64,000 bases of DNA from Cirrosporium novae-zelandiae (taxonomy: Eukaryota). The translations under genes and the position numbers were made by a program. Below are positions 1 through 10,811 of the stretch, piece after piece. Under the pieces are notes generated by a model. That model had not been told where the DNA came from. It did not search any database and saw only the letters and a program-made list of their open reading frames with translations. How positions within the stretch are numbered: the first letter of the stretch is position 1; each line of letters starts with the position of its first letter. The stretch lies in NCBI GenBank assembly GCA_026023565.1, contig JAPETS010000003.1, positions 372,001 through 436,000 of the forward strand, in the 5' to 3' direction.

Positions 1-1049
1 TGATGAACTTGCTGATGGAATTTGTTGAGCTTCGGAGAGAGGTAAACAAATAACCACATACGGTTGCTGGTTACACAATAAAAAGGGTTGATAGCCGTTT
101 TCACATATATTGGTCAAGAGGCCTCCCAAGGAAGAATTGAATTCCATTCTCTCTAATCTTTGTCTTAATTTTTCTACTTCGTTTAGTATTAGTATGCGCA
201 TTAGCATTCAACAGGCATTCAACACCATTATCTTCCGTCTGTTGCTGACGCCTGGAAACTTGCCGCATTCATTTTCGGATATAACTTTGTGTTAGGATAC
301 AGATATTCTATCAACAAGGCGATTGATGCTTATAGATAACAGGTATAACGGAGGAATTCTTTTCATATCTCCCACAACCTGCTTATCTTGGGAAATCCTC
401 TCTACAACTTCTATTCCGGTAATCCATGGACACAGCTATGTGGTATGGTAGCAGTGGCTTCTTACAGCTGATACAGCCTGATGGTGGTTATACATACTAG
501 GCTTTAGTTTAACAATTGGTGTATCGGTGCTTGCTAATGTTGTCCAGTACAATATGCGTAAGTATAGAATCAACGATGATCAATCTCGGCTATCGGATAG
601 ATAGTATTTAGCGCCCATAGCCCTCAATCAAAGAAATCAATCAGTCGCCCTTGAGCTGACGATTTCCCAGCCCCTGCAGTAGCTTAAGCTACGGGAACTG
701 CGGGTTATCTGATTTGAAGTTATTTTTGTCTTATCCCCCAAGTTCTATTACAACCTTTAGCAGAGGAGCCTTTTTCAAAACATATTATCCATCCGATCAT
801 GCGTCTTTGGACCCCATCTTGAGCTGACAATTATCCCTAAGAGACTGAGCTGTGGCTGTTCAGCTGAGCATCCTGAGGCCAAAAGTTGCTTAAACCTCAT
901 CTTTTCCTTTCAACACTGCCCCTCCATGAAGATATTCGATACTTATAACATGGCGTCATCCCTCTATCAGCAGGGCTCTCCCGTTGACGATTCTCTCAGA
1001 CCACACATAAATAGTGCATATTCCTTGATACAAGAACACTAAATCCATC

Positions 1050-2622
1050 ATGGTCGAACCCAGTTTCTCACAAACTAAAGCAAGCATGTACTTCTCTCGG
1101 CCCATGGTAAAGTTTGAAGAGCGAAATGAAGATGCAAAACTTGTATTCAATAAGGCATGTCATCTCTACTACCCAAAAAAGTTTATTCAGTTTACTGCTA
1201 ACAGCTTGTACTTCATAGACGATTGATGGATGTCGTTCTCAAGGAAAGAATCTTTACTCCAAAGTCGCATGTTTCTTAATGAATTGGGTAGATGATGACA
1301 TGGGTACAAATGGTGAAGTCAGTCTTTAAATAAACAGGAGAAGCATAACGAGAAATCCCACTAATCACTTTATGAGTATTTAGGTAGAGCAGCTGCAGGA
1401 AATTTTCGGCACTACGTTTGGATACCTAACACATTCATTCAAAATACCTTCACAAAATTCCCAGAAGATAGCAACGAAGGAAATTTCTGACTTCGTCTGG
1501 GCTCACGACTCACCAGATAGTTTAATCATACTGTATTATGGAGGTCACGGTGAGGCAAGGGACAATTCCTTAATTATTACAGCTTGTGAAACAGGAAATG
1601 ACCCCTCGATGGATTTCGAGAAGATCATGTTACTTCTTAAGAAAGTGAAATCTGACGTCCTATTGATTTTGGACTGCTGCTTTGCCGGAAAAGCTTTCAC
1701 TGATCAACCGCTAGGCCGTGGCAAGTTTGAGGTTCTGGCATCGTCATCTGCAAACGGATACAGCTACCCCCCAAAGGAAAAAGGTTCTTTCACTAGAATT
1801 ATGATCAACACACTACCATCTCTCTTAGCTGATGGTCCCTTTTCCGCATCTACTCTCCTGCGAAAAATTTACCATAATTCACATCTCCAGGACGATGTCA
1901 GGCCTATGTATTTCGAACAATCTTTGTTTGAAGATGAGTTTGATGACGGTAGAATATGGCTCCGACCTAAGCAGGACAACTCTTTATTGGCGTCCCCTCC
2001 AAGGCCTATTTCTCTAGATGTCAAATTGAAGCTAAATTTGGACAAGAATGACAAAAACATGATCGGCAAGGCAATGAACCGGCTAGCAACACGGCTTAGA
2101 TCTCTACCTCATGTGGATAGTGTCCAGTTCCAACAGTTGCATGCAGGCGATGAGGATATCAAAAGGTTTCAAGATATCTTGCAGACAGCTAGCACCGTTA
2201 AGGAGATGATCCGAAGGCTCAAGGCCAGAGTAAATGCCCGCAGGGAAAAGGAGCTCAGAAACAACGAAGATCTTCCCCCCACCTTTTACTCTGTACTTAG
2301 AAAGCAAGACTCTGCAACGGAAAACTGGACAGGCAATACGGCGGCATTGAGTAACGGCGACAGGGTTACAAATTTCACTAGCAATGGCCTAAGTCGCAGG
2401 AATTCCGAGTTGTTACATTCTCCCCACGTTCAGTCTTGGCTTCTTGAATCGGATTCAATTAGCGTTGCTCACAACTTCCGGCTATCTTGCATGTACGCTA
2501 CCTGTGCTTTAATCCATGCAGCATCTTTGGTGCTCTTGATTTTAATTAACTGCGTTGGATGTCTTGTTGTATTGCTGCATGTTCCTGAGCTACACCACAA
2601 GGCGGGGGATACAAATTCATAA
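1050..2622 (+). CDS. Caspase-like (peptidase C14/clan CD fold) cysteine protease with C-terminal extension; 3 exons (1050-1154, 1219-1317, 1384-2622)
   Basis: Spliced translation gives YSKVACFLMNWVDDDMGTNGE/VEQLQEIFGTTFGY...FKIP, then SLIILYYGGHG (catalytic His-Gly) and VLLILDCCFAG (catalytic Cys), followed by FEVLASS and GSFT. Intron 1 is GC-AG (gcatgt...gctaac...catag), intron 2 gtcagt...ctaat...tag; both phase 0 and in frame. Confidence 0.85.
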
Positions 2623-3359
2623 AGTCACACTTCTATTTGTTTCGGATTTCAAAGAGGTTGATACCAGGAGTTGGACGGTTCCGCATAGGACATAAATCCT
2701 GTTATTGAAGATATATGTACTTGGGATTGTGATTATCTATCCATGGATTTGTTTATCTTCGTTACACTTTATAATGTTGATGGTTCATACTACCAAGACA
2801 ATCAGGCTGATGAAGGAATACAGTACCAGGCCATTAGTATCTTTTCTTTAGCGCCCAGTCAACTAGATTATTAATAGATTTCAAGCCTTGCAATGTTTAG
2901 CAATTCATATTAGGAAGGTTGTCACCAAAATGGAGGTTTAGACATTAATGTTAGACTCATCTATATATTGCATTTAGGAAGTTCGGGAGGCTTTCATGCA
3001 GAATAAGCGACTAGCTGATTATCTTAGACCCTAAATGCTGATAGCCTAGGGTTGGAGCAATCTCGACATCGCCGGCTATATTGGAATTATTAATCGCCAT
3101 CGCAGTACATGGGTGAGTGGTACATGAATTACATGGACTTAGGCAACCAACACCATTATCATACCCTCCTTAATGATACCCCACGGTAAAAACATGTCTT
3201 TCGTGAAACTCTTCTCGCTACTATCTAAAGGGCGCACCTTAGGAGGGGGGGCTAATTTATGAAGCCTTCCCTTGTTGCCGACTCAAATCGCTGCATAAAA
3301 GGACGCTGGATGCCCTCTAAAGCTATGCAAGAGACTTGAAAAGGCTTACTATCAGAAAT

Positions 3360-3788
3360 ATGGCCGAACAAAGCCAGGTTAGCCTCACTGCTATATAATC
3401 GCATTCCATTCTGCTGATTTGCCTCTATAGGTTTCCGGAATTCAACCTACAGCTGGGACTATGAACCTTCCGATGCAAGACTCTACATCAGGGCCTGAAC
3501 GGCGATCCGTGGTGCATGCTATGCCACCTGATATCGCAGCGGAAGTAAGAATTATACCCATTGTATACTCCTCGGCATGTAGCCCCGTGATATTGACAGC
3601 ACGTCTAACAGTATCCGACCCTTTATAAAGTTGGCGATAAAGTTTGGTTTAAAGGCGCGAGGCAGCTCCATGGTCCTTATCCGGTTGGCGCTGTCTATGG
3701 CGATGGAAAATATCGGCTTGACAATGATGATAAAATGTGGAAGGATAATGTCCTTGAAAGAGATTTGAAGGCGTATGTGTCTGAATAG
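3360..3788 (+). CDS. Small 102-aa protein with C-terminal SH3/KOW-like beta-barrel; 3 exons (3360-3377, 3431-3544, 3612-3788)
   Basis: ATG at 3360, two phase-0 GT-AG introns (gttagc...gctgat...tatag; gtaaga...ctaacag) give an uninterrupted frame MAEQSQ/VSGIQP...PPDIAAE/YPTLYKVGDKVWFKGARQLHGPYPVGAVYGDGKYRLDNDDKMWKDNVLERDLKAYVSE*. Fold call is by pattern only. Confidence 0.7.
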
Positions 3789-4204
3789 GTAGACCAGTAC
3801 TATAGAATACTTTCGCTTGAATTTCTAGCCCTCAAGCGAATAGTTATGGATTTAGAATAGGAAATCATCGATGTTGTGTCTTAAAGCAGAACTTCAAGTG
3901 AATTTCAAACAGGGCGTATGTATTGTAGAATTTGGTGTCAATAAAAAGAGACACGGCTTCATGCAGGCCGAAGTTCAGCTGAGCATAGCCTTGGTGGTTA
4001 TGTCAATTGATAACTTCTAGACGAAAAGATGACTGCAGTCGGTAGGTGTGCGGACCAACGAGGGGTTTCATATCAGCCTCAGCCTTGTGCACCGAAAACA
4101 ATAATAATAATCACGAAAGACGATGAAATTGCGAACAATCCTTTGAATATGCTAATGGTCCCATATGTTCCTGGGAAGCAAGACAGCGTTGATTCTTCAT
4201 ACTC

Positions 4205-5872
4205 ATGTCTTCGCCCACATCAGAGACGTCAAGTCCAGCCGGAGTTCCTGGAGACGCAATTATCACAATTGATGGGACTGAGAAACAGGACCCAGGGAAT
4301 TCCTCATCAGAAGGTATAACTCCGGCCACACTTGTCGAAGGTAGCGTGAAAAAATCAAGAATAAGATTTCCTACCAATTATTTGGCGCTTTTCTGACTGT
4401 CCAAACCAAAGGCTCTATAAGGAAACGTCTGAGTCGCCTCTTAGCTGGTCAATTGCAGAAAATTCCTATTACAGCTGCCTATGTGTCGTCCTCAATAATA
4501 AGGAGGCTGAGGCCGATAGAAAATCCTAACGAAAATGGCCTTGATATTCAGCGAAGTAAGTTGTCTTTTGCTGCATGGGCTACAACTTATCCTCTAACGT
4601 TGAATATTAGTTGATAGCCACCCCCTTGGATACCCCCGGTTAGCTGCCTTTATCAATAGCGATGATAACTTTATGATGTGCAGACGTTTTGGCTTTTTGC
4701 ATACCAGGGTGTTGCTCTATCGACAAGATGAACTCAGGGAACTTGAGGATAAGCTTGTGCGCCTTGATAAGGCGGATGAAGAGGAATATCCAATTAAGTT
4801 GAAATCAAGAGAGATGGACGAAGCTCACGAACCTTGTGATCGGAAAGATCTGATCCAAGAAATTGACGATAAACTGAAGCAATATGATGAACTCGTGGTT
4901 CGATGCAAAACATTTGCTTCTCTCAAAAAAACTAGGGATCGCGACTATAACAGCCTGAAGTTTTGGATTTCAAATAATAAACCATTAGCCAGAGAGGAAA
5001 GTGAATTTATCAACTGTGATGAAGATTTTATTTCTCTAGCTGAAGCACCAGAAGGAGTCTGGTTTGACGGCTTTATCGAAGACTGCCTGGAAAAGCTCCC
5101 TTGTAGACAACTCACGAAGGTTAGTAACTTGGTATCAAGATCAAAACTCCTGTTAGACAAATCCTAACTATCAACCTAGCTTCTTTTCTCTTCTCCGGCT
5201 CAATGGCGCAAGACCGATGATTCCTATGTTAGATTTTACTCGAAAGCTCGTATCGATATGCTCGTCCGCCTAATGATATGTATCCTCGCCTGCGCAATAC
5301 TCATGGCCCCGGTGGCTGTTCTTTATACCTCGAACGTTACATACAACGCCTCCCTTAAGATTATAATCATCCTCCTATTCACTCTCTTGTTCTGTGTTGC
5401 CCTTTGTCTCTTTACCAAGGCTCGACGGCAGGAAGTCTTTGCCGCAACGGCAGCGTGAGAAATCCCTTTCTTCTAGAACCGTTACTTCCTCACTCTCTTC
5501 CCCCTAATCCCTTCTTTCTTTCCCTTTTTCTACTGCTTATAGACTAATATCACGAATACCCGTATTCCAAAATGCGGTGCCTTAAGAAATGGTTGCTCAC
5601 GCATCAAAATCTACTACTTATTATTAAATTGATATAATTCCATATTTCGTTATCTTTACATGCTATCTCTAACATCTTTTGTACTGTACAATAACAAATC
5701 TGCCTGCTGTTATCACCCATTATCCGCAACTACAATTTCAGTTTCAATCTATATCAGACGGAATATAATTCCACGTCCTATATCCAATCTGCGGTTATGG
5801 AATATTTACTGAATGCCCCTTTTCAATAGGTACACCGCTGTCCTTGTCGTCTTCCTAGGGAACCTCGACTAA
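4205..5872 (+). CDS. DUF6594-family membrane protein with disordered N-terminus and C-terminal TM helices; about 5 exons
   Basis: Signature HPLGYPRLAAFINSDDNFMMCRRFGFLHTRVLLYRQDELRELE; later YSKARID..., hydrophobic helices, KARRQEVFAATAA/YTAVLVVFLGNLD* (last exon 5830-5872 after intron 5455-5829). Donor of the first intron is ambiguous. Confidence 0.88.
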
Positions 5873-6785
5873 CAACTAACGAATATCACGACTGTATTGA
5901 TGACATGCGAAAAGCGTTGTTTCGTGACATTGCATTCTGGTGGTGCATTTATGGCCTTGCCCCTTTGTAGCTAGCTACCTCGATGAGTGATGAGTGATGC
6001 GTGATGTGTGCTGAATGCTAGCGATTGATTGATGATGGATAGGGTAATGATGATGAAAGGAATCCAGAACCAAGGATGACTACACTGCTCAATGGAGATT
6101 ATAAGCTAATCGATAACCACATAAGTCAAAATGCAATTTTACCCTAGATAGAAAGTGATTTTATTATCAATTAACAGTAGCTGAAGCATAGCCTACATTT
6201 CTTTTCCTTGAAAAAAACACCCTCGATATTTTAGATCATCGAAATGCTTCTGCAATCTTCAGTACTTTTTCAAGTTCTAAATGACCTACAAGGTGAGATT
6301 ATATTAAATAACCTGCGGAAATATTAAAAATGAGAATACATAGTCTATTAATTAATCAATAGAGTAAAATAATAAATAACCCCTCACTTTCTCTTTCATC
6401 AAACCTCTAACCTCTAACCAGCAATCACCTTTGAGAGTTTGATTATTCCTTGCATTTGCATTACATTGCATTGCATGCATACATGCATGAAAAAAAAACC
6501 AAACATCCAAACAACCAAACAATCAAACAATCAAACAAACCATTCAATTCTTTTATCATCAACCCAACCCAGGGCATTTCAGGTTCCCAAAAGCCACGTT
6601 CTCCCGAACGGACGCTAAGCCCTATCCGCAGTGACGACATCTCATTCATCCAAGCAAGCTCCTCCATTAGTTCAAAACCCATCAAGGTTCTTTCTCTCTT
6701 TCTCCCGAACCCGACCTTCACCATCATCATCACTATCATCATTATCATCACCATCGCAACCAAACACAAACACAAATCACTAATA

Positions 6786-7617
6786 ATGGTAATTACCCCC
6801 CCCCCTTTCTCCCTTCCATGCCATACCATACCACACCATTACCCCATCATCCCCAAACCCCCAAAACCCTAACCAAAACCAACCCAAATAACTAACCAAA
6901 CCCTCCACAACAGCCACCCAAACGTCGCAACCCCACAGCCGCCACCGCAGGCCCCTCCACAGCACGAAAACCCCGCCAATCCAAACTCGCCAAAGAAAAC
7001 AACATTACCGCGCAGCAAGAATCCGACATCAAAGAAGCCTTCAGCCTGTTCGCCCAAAGACATAAAGATTTCCCGGATGAGAGAGAAGGTGTGGTTCCGA
7101 TTTTGGATGTTAGGAGGGCTTTGATGTAAGGTGTTTTGGATTTGCTTATTTGTTTGTTTATATGTTGAGATATTGAGGGGGAGATATGTTTATAACTAAC
7201 TAATATCATCAACACAGAGCCCTAGGCCTCCCCCCGCCCACCCCCCCAACCCTAACCACCCTCCTCCAAACCCTCGACCCCACCTCCACATCCACATCCA
7301 CATCCACATCCATAGGCTACGCTACCTACCCCACCTTCCTAACCCTCTGCGCCCTAACCCTCCAACAACAATCCCAAACCCCCGAGTCTCAAACCCACGA
7401 GGTCCAAACCGCCTACTCCCTCTTCACCGCGGGAGGCGAGGGTCCCATCACCCTGGCGCATTTGAAACGCGTTGCGAGATTGTTGAGGGAGGATGTGGGG
7501 GAGGAGTTGTTGAGGGATATGATTTTGGAAGCGAATGGGGGGGCGGGTGTGGGCAGGGGGGTTGGGAGGGGGGAGTTCGAGGAGGTTATGAGGAAGGCGG
7601 GGGTTTTTGGGCGGTAG
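6786..7617 (+). CDS. Centrin/calmodulin-like (Rad33-like) EF-hand superfamily protein; exons 6786-6788, 6914-~7125, 7218-7617
   Basis: Spliced: MPPKRRNP...RQSKLAKENNITAQQESDIKEAFSLF...EGVVPILDVRRALIALGL...EVQTAYSLFTAGGEGPITLAHLKRVARLLREDVGEELLRDMILEANGGAGVGRGVGRGEFEEVMRKAGVFGR*. Canonical introns with actaac branch sites. Confidence 0.85.
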
Positions 7618-8410
7618 GTAAGGGTGTTGGGGTGGAGGGGAGGGGTTCTAATTTTTGATCGTTTAGCATGGTGTTTCCTGGCGCTACGATATGATTTGTT
7701 TTTTTAAGAATTTTCTAAATCGCTAGGTTTGATTTTGATGATACCTGGAGTTATCAATGGTTGATTCGTTGCTTTGATTAACTCTTTTTTATTTCTCTCC
7801 CCGTTAGTCGGGGGGAAAACAAATCCATAACAATGACTATTCCATTTGCATTTGCGCCTTTGATGGTCTCTCCCTCCCTCCCATAGCCTGCCTATATAGA
7901 TATATCCCTTTTTCGACGCCCATAAAAAAATTTGCCCCCAAAATCAATAGAATCTGCATTCCATTCTCTTTCCGAACACCAAAAAAAAAACAGTATTACA
8001 TCAAATCCCCAAATGGTTTCTGAACTTGCTCCTTGCAATATGTGGACCATGTTTCAAAGGGACCATTGAGTTTAAATCACACAACTCCGGGTTTTGTAGG
8101 TAATAGGACTTCTGAAGGAGGAGGAGGAGGAGAAGGCCCGCCCCCGCCCCCCTAAACAGGTTCGACCGTATTATCTCACCCGACTCGTTCGAGTTTTTTC
8201 ATGGAATGTAGCCATATCCCATAATCACACCATCCCAGATGATAAACAAACGCCATGCCCCCATCTTGCCCTGCCCTGCCCTGCCCGTCTGCCTGCCGGC
8301 AAAAAATAATCCATCACTCCTTTTGCCTAGGGTATCAATAAAAAGGGCCATGCCGCGAGGTCCCCGTCAACCAAACTAGATTAATTACATTCGAAGGTAT
8401 TCAGTGTTGT

Positions 8411-10471
8411 TCAGTTCGCTGTCACCATGGACATAGGAGAGTTGAAGGTTTCACTTGTCCTTCGCATGTGGTTTGTCATATCGGGTCCTGCGGTTCGCAT
8501 CATTGGGGTTATTATGTCGGTGTCTGGTATCACTTTCGGCTGGATCATGTCCTCTCTATCTGAATCCTCCGAGGTATCGGTACCCGTGTCATTCGGAGCC
8601 GATTGTTCCTCGGGGATAGGGCTAGCAGAATCGTGGAGGAGTTTCTCTATTTTAGGAACGGGCTGAGAGATGGGGGTCTCAACGAACAAGGAATCTGGGA
8701 TCTCTTCGATTCTTTCATAAAACAACATGAAGACACTACCTTGCTCCAGGACCTCGCTTTCACTGGTCGGTTCCACGTTATCATCGCTTAAACGCCACCA
8801 TTGTTCTTCAGATTCCTCGGTGCCTGACTCTGCAGAGACGCTTTCAACCTCATCGAATTCTTGAACTGGCCTTGGCACGGAATGCTTCCTCCAGCAGATG
8901 TAATGTCCGTTTTCGTGTCGCCCGAGATGGGTGATGGCAGCGCGAAGCTCGTATTTAATCGGTGGACCACCGCATTTCCGGTCTTGGAGCATAGATTCTG
9001 TTGGGTTGAGATTCCATTGCTCGATTTCATCTTCCTGGACTTGAGATCGTCTGGATCCCAGACACCAAGGACCAAGGTCGAGAACCGCCGGAAACGTTAC
9101 GTCAGCATAATTCTTCTTTTGCTCACCAGTATACTCATCAAAAATGCTGCGGTTCACATGAATCACTAAATCTTTGGGCGCCCGGGCAATAACTGCTTGC
9201 TTGGATTTTGTTGAGGTGGTTCTGCGCAGCTGAGGGATACGGCAGACCTTGGAGAGGCAGTTATCGGAAAAGTCCTCACTCTCGAGGACTTTCGTAAAGG
9301 TTTCAAGGCGTTCTAGGACAAGTCTACGGGGTGTGTCACTCAGACCAGGAGTTCCAGCAACGACTTGGTTTTGTGCCCTGGTATCAATGCCTTGTAAAAC
9401 TTTCTCAAGCTGACCTTTTTGACTTAAAAGAGTGCACTTGGCACATTCCACGCCCTCGATGCTCTCAAGCGCAGTGTATTCATCCAAGCAGTCCTGAACC
9501 CCGTAGCTCCAGGCTCTGCCAAGTGGAACCGTCAAGCAGTTGAAAGGAATGAGCGATAGACCTTCCGAATAACCACATTTTGTGCATCCTACTCTCTGCG
9601 CTAATAAACCCTCAAGTGGGCTTTCTAACCTCTGCTTTCTTAAGGAGGTGGCTTTATCACTAAGCGAGGATGTAATTCTCTTCATCAACCTCTTCGAGTC
9701 AACCCTACCCGCTGGTTTGGGGGTAGGAGTAGGAGTAGGTGTCGAAGAGCCGGAGGACGTGAGAGAGTCGAGAGCTCCTAGCCCGTTTGCTTGAGCATTT
9801 AACTTGGCTCGTTGAAGCACTTCTTTTTCAACTTCATCTAAAATTTTGGAAAAATATTCTTGTGCATCTTGCTGCTGCCAGCTGCTCATCGACTTCAACT
9901 CGGCAGGCGTCCACAATATCCGGCCGTTGTTCGAAGAATCATTAAGACGGTGGATAATATCTCGCAGAGCGACAATAGTGGTATTCGTGACCTCGGCCGT
10001 ACCAGGTTCATCTATGGAATCGAGAAACGATGCGTAGGATCGGAGCGACGCTAGACCTTGGAGAATACTATTTTGATAGCATGAATTGTCCCAGTTCCCT
10101 AGACCTGGAGGCACATCTCTCGACAAGTTCATCAAGGTTCCAGTGCCAGGAGAAAAGCGGCTAGATTGTAGCTTGCTCCAAAGCCCTCCTGTGTCTAGGG
10201 CCAGTACTCGGCGCATAGCGTCGCTTTTTGCGGCATGTTGCTGCGCCGGGTTCAAAGTCATTACTTGGCCGTAATAGTTGTTTGTTCCATTCTTCCAGTT
10301 GTCCATGGCGAAGAGGATTGGAGCGGGTATAATAAAAATGAAAGCGTTCCAGGTTATTTCGTAGAGTGGGGTTGGTGCGAGATAGAATAATAGTAATACA
10401 GCCAACACAGTGGATGCTATGAAAGAACTCGGCGAAGGCGGCTGATAGGGGTCACTGTCGTAGAAGCCCAT
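8411..10471 (-). CDS. Ubiquitin carboxyl-terminal hydrolase (USP/C19 family) with N-terminal membrane anchor
   Basis: Cys box GLGNWDNSCYQNSILQ, QQQDAQEY, His box HLGRHENGHY, WWRLSDD; hydrophobic N-terminus; intronless 686-aa ORF. Confidence 0.93.
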   Translation of the reverse strand: MGFYDSDPYQPPSPSSFIASTVLAVLLLFYLAPTPLYEITWNAFIFIIPAPILFAMDNWKNGTNNYYGQVMTLNPAQQHAAKSDAMRRVLALDTGGLWSKLQSSRFSPGTGTLMNLSRDVPPGLGNWDNSCYQNSILQGLASLRSYASFLDSIDEPGTAEVTNTTIVALRDIIHRLNDSSNNGRILWTPAELKSMSSWQQQDAQEYFSKILDEVEKEVLQRAKLNAQANGLGALDSLTSSGSSTPTPTPTPKPAGRVDSKRLMKRITSSLSDKATSLRKQRLESPLEGLLAQRVGCTKCGYSEGLSLIPFNCLTVPLGRAWSYGVQDCLDEYTALESIEGVECAKCTLLSQKGQLEKVLQGIDTRAQNQVVAGTPGLSDTPRRLVLERLETFTKVLESEDFSDNCLSKVCRIPQLRRTTSTKSKQAVIARAPKDLVIHVNRSIFDEYTGEQKKNYADVTFPAVLDLGPWCLGSRRSQVQEDEIEQWNLNPTESMLQDRKCGGPPIKYELRAAITHLGRHENGHYICWRKHSVPRPVQEFDEVESVSAESGTEESEEQWWRLSDDNVEPTSESEVLEQGSVFMLFYERIEEIPDSLFVETPISQPVPKIEKLLHDSASPIPEEQSAPNDTGTDTSEDSDREDMIQPKVIPDTDIITPMMRTAGPDMTNHMRRTSETFNSPMSMVTAN

Positions 10472-10811
10472 TTCGGAGGTTGTGGGAAGAGCATTATAGC
10501 ATAAGTGAAGCTCATTTCCATTTAAGAGTCTTCGAAAGATGTAATGAAGTCCTTAGGCATCGAGCACTTTCTAGTCACGATGGATTTCTCAATGACTTAA
10601 AAAGTGCAGCCAGTGGCAGGCAGTACAAGTACGTTGAGTGCGCCCAGGTGGTATGGGAAATTTCAACCAATCAAGACTATGCGATTATAGCCGGTAAAGA
10701 TACAGTAATTACCTCGTGCCCCCATGTCCCCACAAGAAAATATTCCACATTTTGATTAATTAGATTGATTAATCATTCTGAATCCATCCAGCCCACCTTG
10801 AAATTGTCAAT

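Noticed and set aside
1..560. Gene fragment at the window start
   Set aside because: Some splice-like signals on the minus strand, but no continuous frame or recognisable motif.
3612..3788. Retrotransposon integrase C-terminal (GPY/F) remnant
   Set aside because: No integrase core, RT or LTR nearby, and the segment is an intact terminal exon of a spliced ORF.
6450..7215. ORF-track ORFs 6450-6872 (+), 6461-6829 (-), 6892-7215 (-)
   Set aside because: Artefacts of low-complexity skewed sequence or antisense to the real spliced EF-hand gene.
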